Assembly: GCA_023398815.1 (NCBI GenBank)
Contig: JAEWRW010000028.1
Span: 139,102-203,101, forward strand
Source of the DNA: Bacillota bacterium
Lineage (GTDB): Bacteria > Bacillota > Clostridia > Christensenellales > UMGS416
DNA length: 64,000 bases
Reading direction: 5' to 3'
Below are positions 33,179 to 41,589 of the stretch, in pieces. How positions within the stretch are numbered: position 1 is the stretch's first letter; every line of letters starts with the position of its first letter. Under the pieces are notes generated by a model. The model made no database searches. It was not told the DNA's origin and saw nothing but the letters and a program-made list of their open reading frames with translations. The position numbers were made by a program, and so were the translations under genes.

Positions 33179-34339
33179 TTACAGACTGGCGACGTCCACC
33201 CAGGCCCGCCGCTCAATGGAGCGATCCACAGCATCTAGAACCTGTGCCACGGCCACGCCGTCCTCAAAACCGGGAGTGGCCGGACGGCCTTGAGCGATGG
33301 CCTGTGCAAACTCATAGAGCTCGTGCACAAAGGTATGCTCAAAGCCGATGACATGGCCGGTGGGCCACCAGTGGTCGGCATAGGGGTGGCCCGGTTCGGT
33401 GGCCTGGATGACGGCGAACCCCTGCTGCCCTGCCGGCGCTGTGGCATCGAAGAACTGCAGTTCGTTCATCCGCTCCAGATAGAAGCGCACCGAACCCTTA
33501 CTGCCGTTGATCTCAAAGCTCATGGCATTCTTGTTGCCCTGGGCGAAGCGCGTCGCCTCAAAGGTTCCCATGGCTCCACTGTCAAACTCGCAGCAGAACA
33601 TGGTGGCGTCGTCCACGGTGACCTCAGCCAAGGGTGCGTCGGCGTCCGCCTTGCCTGAAAGGCCGGTCATGCTGGTCACCACCGGGCGCTGCTTGACAAA
33701 GGTCTTGCTCATGCCGGTGACGGTGTGGATGGAACCCACCAGATAGTGCGCCAGATCGATGACGTGGGCACCAAGGTCGCCGAGCGAGCCGGAGCCGCAG
33801 ATGTCGCGGTTCAAGCGCCATACCATAGGGAACGTCGGGTCGATGATCCAATCCTGCAGGAAGAGCCCGCGGAAGTGGAAGATCTGCCCGAGCCTGCCCT
33901 CGTCAATGAGGCGCTTGGTCAGCTGCACCGCCGGCGCAAACCGGTAGTTGAAGCCAATCTGGTGACGGACACCGGCCTTCTGGGCGGCAGCCAGCATCTC
34001 CCGCGCGTCGGCCAGATTCAAGGCCAGCGGTTTCTCACAGAAGACATGCTTGCCCGCCGCCAGTGCCGCCATCACGATGGGCTTGTGGAAATCGCTGGGC
34101 GCGGTGACGTCCACCGCGTCCACATCCGGGCGGCACACCAAGGCATGGTAGTCAGTCTCGACCTCCTCCCACCCCAGGGTGTGCCGGGCCTGCTCCAATG
34201 CGGCGGCATCCCGCCCGCAGAGCACCCGACGGCGCACGGGCACATCGGTTTCAAAGAACATCGGCAACCGGGCCAAGGCGTTGCTGTGCGCCTTGCCCAT
34301 GAATTTATAGCCGACCAGCGCGACGTTGAGTTCCTTCAT
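33179..34339 (-). CDS. Gfo/Idh/MocA family oxidoreductase
   Basis: ORF 33179..34384. The start is at 34339, after GGAGGG: MKELNVALVGYKFMGKAHSNA...VFCEKPLA..., i.e. an N-terminal Rossmann fold plus a C-terminal alpha/beta domain. Confidence 0.85.
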   Translation of the reverse strand: MKELNVALVGYKFMGKAHSNALARLPMFFETDVPVRRRVLCGRDAAALEQARHTLGWEEVETDYHALVCRPDVDAVDVTAPSDFHKPIVMAALAAGKHVFCEKPLALNLADAREMLAAAQKAGVRHQIGFNYRFAPAVQLTKRLIDEGRLGQIFHFRGLFLQDWIIDPTFPMVWRLNRDICGSGSLGDLGAHVIDLAHYLVGSIHTVTGMSKTFVKQRPVVTSMTGLSGKADADAPLAEVTVDDATMFCCEFDSGAMGTFEATRFAQGNKNAMSFEINGSKGSVRFYLERMNELQFFDATAPAGQQGFAVIQATEPGHPYADHWWPTGHVIGFEHTFVHELYEFAQAIAQGRPATPGFEDGVAVAQVLDAVDRSIERRAWVDVASL

Positions 34340-34364
34340 GGCGCCGCCCTCCATTCGTTTGGCG

Positions 34365-35330
34365 TCAGGCCCACCACATGGCACTGTTCGATTCGGTCAC
34401 CATCGTGTCCTGCAGCATGCTGATGGCCTTGCGCAGGCCCTCATTCTGGGACATCAGGCTGTCCTCATGCTCGATGGAAAGCACGTCGTCGTAGCCGACC
34501 ATGCGCAGGTTGGAGACGATGTCCTTCCAAACCGAGGCATCGTGGCCATAGCCCACCGAGCGGAAGATCCAGGAGCGATTGATCTCGTCGCCATAATGCT
34601 TGGTGTCCAACACGCCGTTTCGGGCGGTGTTGATGGCGTCGATCTTGGTGTCCTTGGCGTGGACATAGAAGATGGCCTCACCCAGATAACGGATGGCGGC
34701 AACCGGCTCAATGCCCTGCCAGAACAGGTGGCTGGGGTCAAAATTGGCACCGATGACGGGGCCGACGGCCTTGCGCAGCTTCAGCAGTGTCTCCGGGTTG
34801 TAGACGCAGAAGCCAGGGTGCATCTCCAGCGCGATACGGGTGACGCCGTGGCTCTTGGCAAAGGCAACGGCCTTCTTCCAATAGGGAATGAGCACCTTAT
34901 TCCACTGGTACTCCAGCGCCTTGGAGAAATCCTCCGGCCAGGGGCAGGTGATCCAGTTCGGGGTCTTATCCTTGGGCGAGCCGCCGGGGCAGCCGGAGAA
35001 GGTGATGATGCGATCGATGCCAAGCTTCTCCGCCAGCAGAACGCAATTCTCAAAATCGGCGTGGTAGGCCGCGGCGATGGCCTTATCGGGGTGGACGGGA
35101 TTGCCGTGCACCGACAGGGCGCTGATGCTAAGCCTAGACTTCTCTATGGTGGACTGGAATTTGGCAAACGCGGCCTCATCGTTCAAAAGCACCGCGGGGT
35201 CGCAGTGGGCCTTGCCCGGGTACCCGCCGCAGCCGATCTCCACCTGCTGGATACCGACGGATTTGAACGTGGCAAGAGCCTCCTCCAGCGGGCGGTTGCC
35301 CAAAAGAACAGCACAAACACCAAGCTTCAT
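34365..35330 (-). CDS. sugar phosphate isomerase/epimerase (xylose isomerase-like TIM barrel)
   Basis: 321 aa: MKLGVCAVLLGNRPLEEALATFKSVGIQQVEIGCGG...IALEMHPG...YVHAKD...SIEHED. Confidence 0.8.
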   Translation of the reverse strand: MKLGVCAVLLGNRPLEEALATFKSVGIQQVEIGCGGYPGKAHCDPAVLLNDEAAFAKFQSTIEKSRLSISALSVHGNPVHPDKAIAAAYHADFENCVLLAEKLGIDRIITFSGCPGGSPKDKTPNWITCPWPEDFSKALEYQWNKVLIPYWKKAVAFAKSHGVTRIALEMHPGFCVYNPETLLKLRKAVGPVIGANFDPSHLFWQGIEPVAAIRYLGEAIFYVHAKDTKIDAINTARNGVLDTKHYGDEINRSWIFRSVGYGHDASVWKDIVSNLRMVGYDDVLSIEHEDSLMSQNEGLRKAISMLQDTMVTESNSAMWWA

Positions 35331-35474
35331 TGGCTGACCTCCTGTTTTGCGTTGATGGAGTCATTATATACCAGTACAGGGCAAAAATCCATTGCCGCGA
35401 GACATTCCAAACAGCATCGGCGCGCGTTTTATGCCGCGAAAAATGGGTAAAAAAGACCACTGACCGGCCTTAGG

Positions 35475-35503
35475 TTTGCGTTTGATGGGCATTGTGCTAT
35501 AAT
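35475..35503 (+). promoter_or_regulatory. extended -10 promoter of the peptidoglycan-binding protein gene
   Basis: TTTGCG, a 17-nt spacer ending TGTGC, and TATAAT (35498-35503), which gives TGC-TATAAT. It is 24 nt upstream of the ATG at 35527, which is preceded by AGGAAGGTGA. Confidence 0.55.
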
Positions 35504-35526
35504 ACAAACATTCTATAGGAAGGTGA

Positions 35527-36303
35527 ATGCGAATGCGCGGAAGATTCGTCCTGTCATTGCTGATGTGTGTGGCGCTGTTGCTTGGCCTCAGCCCCGCTGC
35601 ATTGGCGGCACCGGACAACGAAGGAATTGTCATCCGCAAGGGAGAAACCGGCGACAACGTCATCCTATTGCAGATGCGCCTGCGCGACCTCGGTTACTAC
35701 GACTACAAAACCACCGGCTATTTCGGTGAGTTCACCTATGAAGCTCTTCGCGACTTCCAGAAAAACAACGATCTGTCCTCCGACGGCGTGGCCGGTCAGA
35801 AGACGTTGGATCTGATGTACAGCAACGACGCCAAACGCAAGCCGGTGGAACCGCTGATCAAGCCCGCCGACACCGTTTCAACCAACCATGTCCGGTATGG
35901 TCAGCTCAAGGACTGGGACAAATGGGTTCGCTCGCGCTTCTCGCGGGACACGCGCCTGAAGAAGGCCAAGGTGATCGACTTCAACACCGGCAAGACCTAC
36001 ACGGTCGTCGCCGTTGGCGGCCACAACCATGCTGATGTGGAGCCGGCGACCAAGAACGATACTGCCGTTCTCAAGAGCACCTTTGGCGGCGAATGGAGCT
36101 GGGACCGCCGAGCGGTCATCGTGTACATCAGTGGCATCTGGGTTGCAGGGTCCATCAATGGTATGCCTCACGGGTATGAGACCGTCTCCGGCAACGGAAT
36201 GGACGGACAGGTATGCATCCACTTCCTCAATAGCCGCAACCACATCCACAACATGCGTGACCCAACACACCAAGCCCAGGTGATGCGCGCCGCCGGCAAG
36301 TAG
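35527..36303 (+). CDS. secreted protein with peptidoglycan-binding (PG_binding_1) domain and unrecognised C-terminal domain
   Basis: 258 aa. Signal peptide MRMRGRFVLSLLMCVALLLGLSPAALAA; PGB repeat GETGDNVILLQMRLRDLGYYD...TYEALRDFQKNNDLSSDGVAGQKTL. Confidence 0.7.
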   Translation: MRMRGRFVLSLLMCVALLLGLSPAALAAPDNEGIVIRKGETGDNVILLQMRLRDLGYYDYKTTGYFGEFTYEALRDFQKNNDLSSDGVAGQKTLDLMYSNDAKRKPVEPLIKPADTVSTNHVRYGQLKDWDKWVRSRFSRDTRLKKAKVIDFNTGKTYTVVAVGGHNHADVEPATKNDTAVLKSTFGGEWSWDRRAVIVYISGIWVAGSINGMPHGYETVSGNGMDGQVCIHFLNSRNHIHNMRDPTHQAQVMRAAGK

Positions 36304-36328
36304 CGGAGCACCCAACCAGTAACCAAAT

Positions 36329-36352
36329 AAGGCCGTCCCGATGGGACGGCCT
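36329..36352. terminator. bidirectional terminator between convergent PG-binding gene and tex
   Basis: AAGGCCGTCCC-GAT-GGGACGGCCTT is a perfect 11-bp stem, followed by TTCACTTT. Confidence 0.8.
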
Positions 36353-36430
36353 TTTCACTTTATACCCAATCCCATCGGGCATTGTTTGGGCAGGAACAGC
36401 GCTTCCCGGCAAAGCGGCAATCTTTTGAGG

Positions 36431-38575
36431 TCAGAGCTCCTTCATAGTGAGGGAGATGCGCTTGCGCATGGGGTCGATCTCCAGCACCTTCACACGCACC
36501 ACATCCCCCACCCGCACAGCATCCAGCGGGCTGCGTACAAAGCGGCCCAACTGAGAGACGTGTACCAGGCCATCCTGGTGGACGCCGATGTCCACAAACG
36601 CGCCAAAGTCGGCGACGTTGCGCACCGTGCCCCGCAGCACCATGCCAGGCCGTAGGTCTTTCATCTCCAGCACTTCGCTCGATAGGATCGGCTTGGGCAG
36701 CTCGTCGCGGGGGTCACGGCCGGGCTTGGCCAGCTCCCCAGCAATGTCGAGGAGCGTGGGGACACCCACGCCCACCTGCGCAGCAAGCTCTTCTGCCCCA
36801 CGGGCACGAACTTCCTCCGGCAGGTCGCCCAACTTCCGGGCCGTAACGTCTGCCAGCGACCGCCCGAGCAGGACCAGCAGCCGTTCGGCGGCGGCGTAGG
36901 ATTCGGGGTGCACGCCGGTGTTATCAAGAGGATGGTCGGACCCGGCAATGCGCAGGAACCCCGCACACTGCTCAAAGGCCTTCTCGCCCAGCTTCTTCAC
37001 CTTTTTCAGTTCCCGCCGGCTGCGGATGCGCCCGACTTCAGCGCGGTACGCCACGAGGTTGGCGGCCACCGTTTGGTTGATGCCCGACACATACCGCAGT
37101 AGCGAAGGGGACGCGGTATTGACGTCCACCCCTACGGCGTTGACGCAATCCTCCACCACGCCGCCCAGCGTTTCGTCCAGCCGCTTCTGGTTGAGGTCGT
37201 GCTGGTACTGCCCCACCCCAATGGCCTTAGGATCGATCTTGACCAGCTCAGCCAGCGGGTCTTGCAGGCGGCGGGCGATGGAGACGGCGCTGCGCAGGCT
37301 CACATCAAACTGCGGAAACTCCTGGGCCGCCAGCTCCGACGCCGAGTAGACAGAGGCCCCCGCCTCGCTGACGATGACATAGTACACCTTCTGTGGCAGA
37401 CGACGGATGCAATCGGCCACGAACTGCTCACTCTCTCGGCTGGCGGTGCCATTGCCAATGGCGATGATCTCGATGCCGTAGCGGTTCACAAGGTCGGTCA
37501 CCACCTTGGCAGCTTCCTCGGTGCGGCTTTGGGGCGGTGTGGGGTAAATGACGCCGGTGTACAGGACATTGCCAATCTCATCGACGACGGCCAGCTTGCA
37601 GCCGGTGCGGTAGGCCGGGTCGAACCCCAGCACCGCGTGGGCCTTGACCGGTGGCTGCAGCAGCAAGCCCTTGAGGTTGGTGGCAAACACGCCGATGGCC
37701 TGGTCGGAGGCACGCTCCGTGAGGATGGTGCGAATCTCGTTGGCAATGGAAGGGGCGATGAGACGGGCATAGCTGTCTTCCACCGCCGCCTCCACCACCT
37801 TGGCCATGGCGCAGGAACCCTTGACGACCTTACGCTTGAGGATGCCCAGAATGATGGCTTCGGGCGCTTCCAGCTTCACCTGCAGGAAGCCCTCCCGCTC
37901 GCCCCGGTCCACCGCTGACACCCGGTGGGGCGCGATGCGGCCCACCGTCTCCCGGTAGTCGTAGTACATGCGGTAGGCCGAGTCCTCCTTCTTCTTGGCA
38001 GAGGTGATGAGAATGCCCTCCCGCAGTGTTAAGTCGCGGATGAAGCGACGGTGGTCGGCGTTGTCGGCCACGCCCTCAGCGATGATGTCCTGCGCACCGG
38101 CCAGCGCGTCCTCCACCGTGTTGACGCCCAGGGCGGGGTTGACGAAAGGCAGAGCCTCCTTCTGAGGGCTCTTCTGCGGGCTCTGTTGCAATACAATATC
38201 CGCCAGTGGCTCCAGCCCGCGCTCCCGGGCGATGGAAGCGCGAGTGCGCCGCTTGGGGCGGAATGGACGGTAGATGTCATCAAGCTCGGTCAGCGTCTCC
38301 GCCCCATCCACTGCCGCCGCCACTTCCGGCGTCAACTTCCCCTGCTCGCCAATGAGGCGGTGCACCTCAGCGCGGCGCTCCTCCACCGCCCGCAACGCGA
38401 CCAGCCGCTCATGAAGCCGCCGCAGCACCTGGTCGTCCAGCGACCCGGTCACTTCCTTGCGGTAACGGGCGATGAAGGGGATGGTGTTGCCCTCGTCGAT
38501 GAGGCGCACGGTACTGCGCACCTGTTCGGCCCGCAGTTCAAATTCCTGTTTTAGGATGCTCTCAATGTCGCGCAT
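36431..38575 (-). CDS. tex: Tex-like RNA-binding transcription accessory protein (S1 domain C-terminus)
   Basis: ORF 36431..39286. The real start is at 38575, after GGAGGA: MRDIESILKQEFELRAEQVRSTVRLIDEGNTIPFIARYRKEVTG... (Tex N-terminal signature). It has YqgF-like and HhH regions and a C-terminal S1 domain (GMVLRGTVRNVADFGAFVDIGVHQDGLVHVSQL), 714 aa in all. Confidence 0.9.
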   Translation of the reverse strand: MRDIESILKQEFELRAEQVRSTVRLIDEGNTIPFIARYRKEVTGSLDDQVLRRLHERLVALRAVEERRAEVHRLIGEQGKLTPEVAAAVDGAETLTELDDIYRPFRPKRRTRASIARERGLEPLADIVLQQSPQKSPQKEALPFVNPALGVNTVEDALAGAQDIIAEGVADNADHRRFIRDLTLREGILITSAKKKEDSAYRMYYDYRETVGRIAPHRVSAVDRGEREGFLQVKLEAPEAIILGILKRKVVKGSCAMAKVVEAAVEDSYARLIAPSIANEIRTILTERASDQAIGVFATNLKGLLLQPPVKAHAVLGFDPAYRTGCKLAVVDEIGNVLYTGVIYPTPPQSRTEEAAKVVTDLVNRYGIEIIAIGNGTASRESEQFVADCIRRLPQKVYYVIVSEAGASVYSASELAAQEFPQFDVSLRSAVSIARRLQDPLAELVKIDPKAIGVGQYQHDLNQKRLDETLGGVVEDCVNAVGVDVNTASPSLLRYVSGINQTVAANLVAYRAEVGRIRSRRELKKVKKLGEKAFEQCAGFLRIAGSDHPLDNTGVHPESYAAAERLLVLLGRSLADVTARKLGDLPEEVRARGAEELAAQVGVGVPTLLDIAGELAKPGRDPRDELPKPILSSEVLEMKDLRPGMVLRGTVRNVADFGAFVDIGVHQDGLVHVSQLGRFVRSPLDAVRVGDVVRVKVLEIDPMRKRISLTMKEL

Positions 38576-38604
38576 GGTTCCTCCGCTTGACGTGGTTCGG
38601 ATGC

Positions 38605-38634
38605 AGTATAGCACAAGGTGGGCGCTCTTGTCAG
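38605..38634 (-). promoter_or_regulatory. extended -10 promoter of tex
   Basis: Minus strand reads CTGACA, an 18-nt spacer ending TGTGC, and TATACT (38610-38605). It lies between the ricT terminator and the tex RBS. Confidence 0.55.
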
Positions 38635-38643
38635 GCGGCGTAC

Positions 38644-38684
38644 CCACAAAGAAAGAACCCCGCGCGATGGTTCGCGTGGGGTTC
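38644..38684 (-). terminator. intrinsic terminator after ricT
   Basis: Minus strand reads GAACCCCACGCG-AACCAT-CGCGCGGGGTTC, followed by TTTCTTTGTGG. Confidence 0.75.
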
Positions 38685-38690
38685 GCACAA

Positions 38691-40040
38691 TTACTGCTGG
38701 GGCGCGGGCGCACCGCCGCCCGAGGGGCCGGGTGCTCCACCGGGAGCGCCACCGCCACCGCGGTTGCCGCCGCGATGCCGCCGCCCACCCCTGCGGCGGC
38801 GGCGCTTGGCCGGGGCCTGGGGGTCCGCACCACTGTCGGGTTGCGTCGTTTCCGCTTCTTCGCCGTCGTCATCCTCATCGCCAGGCTCCACCGGCGCGGG
38901 CTTGACCGGTGCAGCCGGTCGTGCTGGTTGGGATTGGCGGCGCTCCTGAGCACGCTTTTCCTTCTCCGCCCGGATGATGGCATCCACCGCCCGGCGGGTC
39001 TCGTCATCGGCGGCATTGGGCGTGGCAGCCGGGGCGGCCACCGTACTTTCCGGCGCGACGGGCTGTTCAGCGGGTTCCGCTGCCGGTTGGGAGGGCGTGA
39101 CAAAGCGGTCGGTGGAGTAGTCAGGGAACTCCTCCTCCTTGTTCTTGGCGCGGTTGAGGTTCTGAATATAGGCAGCCTTGGCCAGCGTGGCCCGCGCCCG
39201 TCCGCCGGACGATTCCCACTCGGCAATGCCACCTTCATTGGTCTCGGTGATTTCCTCCAGCGCATATTCCCGGAATTCCGGTTCATCCCCCCGTAGGCGC
39301 ACCTTGAGCTTCTCCTTTACGATGAGCGCCTCCACCACGGTGGCGGGGCCTTCGGGCGTCATCACCAGCGTGCCGCGCTTGGGGCTGCGCTTGAGCGTTT
39401 CGGCGTAGTGGTTCTGCTCATAATTGAGGCAGCACATCAGCCGGCCGCAAAGGCCGGAAATCTTGGTCGGGTTGAGCGAGAGGTTCTGATCCTTGGCCAT
39501 GCGGATGGAGACGGGGCTGAAGTCCGTCAGGAACGCCTTGCAGCAGGCCTCCCGCCCACAGGGGCCAAGACCACCCAGCATCTTCACTTCATCCCGTACG
39601 CCGATCTGCCGCAACTCAATGCGGGTGCGGAACACGGCGGCCAAGTCACGCACCAGGGCGCGGAAGTCCACCCGTCCATCGGCGGTGAAGTAAAAGATGA
39701 TCTTGCTGCCGTCGAAGGAATACTCGACGTTGACGAGCTTCATCTCCAGGTTGTGCAGGCGCACCTTCTCCTCACACACCTCCAAGGCGTGGCGCTCCTT
39801 GTCGGCACGCTCCCGCACAACGCGCAGATCGTCCTCGGTGGCACGGCGGAGCACCGGCTTGAGCGGCGTGGCAAGCTGGTCGTCGGGCACCTCACGGGGG
39901 GCCTGCATCACCTCGCCGCACTCCTTGCCCTGGGCAGTCTCCACGATGACCCAATCCCCCTGGGCCAGTTCCAACGCGTTGGGGTCAAACGAGTACACTT
40001 TGCCCGCTTCCTTGAAGCGGACGCCTACTATGGTATGCAT
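38691..40040 (-). CDS. ricT: PSP1-domain protein RicT/YaaT with long disordered RGG-rich C-terminal extension
   Basis: 449 aa. The N-terminal roughly 280 aa are PSP1/YaaT-like (MHTIVGVRFKEAGKVYSFDP...GGLGPCGREACCKAFL...GLCGRLMCCLNYE). The C-terminal roughly 170 aa are P/A/E-rich and end KRRRRRGGRRHRGGNRGGGGAPGGAPGPSGGGAPAPQQ. Confidence 0.85.
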   Translation of the reverse strand: MHTIVGVRFKEAGKVYSFDPNALELAQGDWVIVETAQGKECGEVMQAPREVPDDQLATPLKPVLRRATEDDLRVVRERADKERHALEVCEEKVRLHNLEMKLVNVEYSFDGSKIIFYFTADGRVDFRALVRDLAAVFRTRIELRQIGVRDEVKMLGGLGPCGREACCKAFLTDFSPVSIRMAKDQNLSLNPTKISGLCGRLMCCLNYEQNHYAETLKRSPKRGTLVMTPEGPATVVEALIVKEKLKVRLRGDEPEFREYALEEITETNEGGIAEWESSGGRARATLAKAAYIQNLNRAKNKEEEFPDYSTDRFVTPSQPAAEPAEQPVAPESTVAAPAATPNAADDETRRAVDAIIRAEKEKRAQERRQSQPARPAAPVKPAPVEPGDEDDDGEEAETTQPDSGADPQAPAKRRRRRGGRRHRGGNRGGGGAPGGAPGPSGGGAPAPQQ

Positions 40041-40049
40041 ATGCTATTA

Positions 40050-41039
40050 TTATCCTCCTGCCAATTGCAGCAACAAGTGATCGGTTGCAACGGTATACAT
40101 GGCGTTGCCGTCCAAAGCCCGCCGGGCCTGGGCACAGGCCGCCAGCATGGTCTCCAGCCGCGCGCCATCGAGCGTTGGCAAGGCCCTGCCCACCGCGCCG
40201 GTCAGCTTTGGCGCCTGGGCCGAAAGCTGGGCGAGACGCGCGTCCCGCAGGGCGCACTCCCACAGCAGCAGCACATCGCCCACCCGGGCGCGGCGCTCCT
40301 GTAGGAAACGCATGGCCTGGGCCAGGCCGCCGCCGGCGGCCAGCAAATCCAGCGTGCGCAGGGCGTCCTGCCGCAGGGGCCAATAGTCCTCATCCCCCAG
40401 CAGGGCAAGCGCCCGGCCGGGGCTGCCGTCAGCGATGGCGGCGGCGTGCCTCGCCCGCTCGTCGCCATCATGGCCATGCCGCGCCAGCACCGTCAGCACA
40501 TCGGCGGGTGACAGCCGTGCGAGCTTGACCACCGTGCAGCGGGATTGAATCGTGGGCAGCAATGCCGACAGTGAGTCCGTCAGCAGCACAAGCACCACGT
40601 GGGGCGGCGGTTCCTCCAGGGTCTTGAGCAGGGCGTTCTGCGCCTGCACGGTCATATCCTGGGCTTCCTCCACCACCACGACGACGCGGCCACCCTCGTA
40701 GGGTTTCATATCAATCAGCCGTTGCAGCCCCCGGGCGTCCTCAACGCCAAGCGCCTTGCCCGGTTCGGCCGGCCGTATCACGTGCAGGTCAGGGTGGCTC
40801 TGGGCCAGCGCCTTCCGGCACGACGAACAATGGTTGCAGGGTTTGTCAGAAAGGCTCTGGCACAGCAGTGCGCGGGCATAGAGCGCCGCCACCGTGCGCT
40901 TGCCAGAGCCCGATGGCCCCAACACAAGTAGGGCATGGGCAACCGTGCCCCGTGCAAGCGGCGCCAGCAGGCGGGCTTTCAGGGTCGGTTGCCCAATCAA
41001 ATCGTCAAAGGTTATGGGTTGGTCGTTCTGCGCTGCCAA
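40050..41039 (-). CDS. holB: DNA polymerase III delta-prime subunit
   Basis: ORF 40050..41198, which overlaps darA. There is no ATG after the darA stop. I propose the TTG at 41039, giving (M)AAQNDQPITFDDLIGQPTLKARL...AHALLVLGPSGSGKRTVA...LCQSLSDKPCNHCSSCRK (zinc module), 329 aa. Confidence 0.75.
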   Translation of the reverse strand: MAAQNDQPITFDDLIGQPTLKARLLAPLARGTVAHALLVLGPSGSGKRTVAALYARALLCQSLSDKPCNHCSSCRKALAQSHPDLHVIRPAEPGKALGVEDARGLQRLIDMKPYEGGRVVVVVEEAQDMTVQAQNALLKTLEEPPPHVVLVLLTDSLSALLPTIQSRCTVVKLARLSPADVLTVLARHGHDGDERARHAAAIADGSPGRALALLGDEDYWPLRQDALRTLDLLAAGGGLAQAMRFLQERRARVGDVLLLWECALRDARLAQLSAQAPKLTGAVGRALPTLDGARLETMLAACAQARRALDGNAMYTVATDHLLLQLAGG

Positions 41040-41046
41040 CGGATGG

Positions 41047-41376
41047 TTACACCTTCTTGAACTGTTCGACGTCCATGACGAACACGGTGGCGCCGCCGAC
41101 CACGACCTCGACCGGGTAGGGTACATACATGCCGGAGGAGCCCGCCACCGGCGAGGGCGACGTGGCGATCTGCTTGCGGCTCTTGCACACCTTTTCAATG
41201 ACGCCCATGGCGCCCTGCAACTTGTCGTCAGACACGCCGACCAGCAGTGTCGTGTTGCCGGCCCGCAGGAAACCGCCTGTCGTCGCCAGTTTCGTCACGC
41301 CGTAACCGTCGCTCATCAGGGCGCTGACCAGTCTGCCGGAATCCTCGTCCTGTACAATCGCAATGACCAATTTCAT
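41047..41376 (-). CDS. darA: cyclic-di-AMP receptor DarA (PII-like, YaaQ/DUF970)
   Basis: ORF 41047..41484. The start is at 41376, after AAGGAGG: MKLVIAIVQDEDSGRLVSALMSDGYGVTKLATTGGFLRAGNTTLLVGV...YVPYPVEVVVGGATVFVMDVEQF. By eye this closely parallels B. subtilis DarA. Confidence 0.8.
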   Translation of the reverse strand: MKLVIAIVQDEDSGRLVSALMSDGYGVTKLATTGGFLRAGNTTLLVGVSDDKLQGAMGVIEKVCKSRKQIATSPSPVAGSSGMYVPYPVEVVVGGATVFVMDVEQFKKV

Positions 41377-41455
41377 AGGGGTTCCTCCTTTTTGTTGAGA
41401 GGCCATCCTCGTGTTTTGCTTTCGCACCGACGGCACCGCCGTCTGGCTTGTACCT

Positions 41456-41484
41456 ATTATAGCGCAGCGAGTGTGCTTTGGCAA
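41456..41484 (-). promoter_or_regulatory. sigma-A type promoter of darA-holB-ricT (TTGCCA-17-TATAAT)
   Basis: Minus strand reads TTGCCA (41484-41479), a 17-nt spacer and TATAAT (41461-41456), about 80 nt upstream of the darA ATG. Confidence 0.7.
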
Positions 41485-41589
41485 ACCAGAGCGAGCCCAA
41501 ACGGTACTTATATCACAATATTACCATGTATTTCCCTGTTTGCAACGGGGAATTCCGACGGTTTCTGCCGAATGGTGCGAACCACGCCC

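Noticed and set aside
38576-39286. A 237-codon N-terminal extension of the tex ORF (951 aa in the track).
   Set aside because: The extension overlaps the well-supported ricT 3' end in another frame and is R/P/A-rich nonsense. A canonical Tex N-terminus (MRDIESILKQEF...IARYRKE) with a GGAGGA RBS begins at 38575, preceded by a terminator and a promoter.
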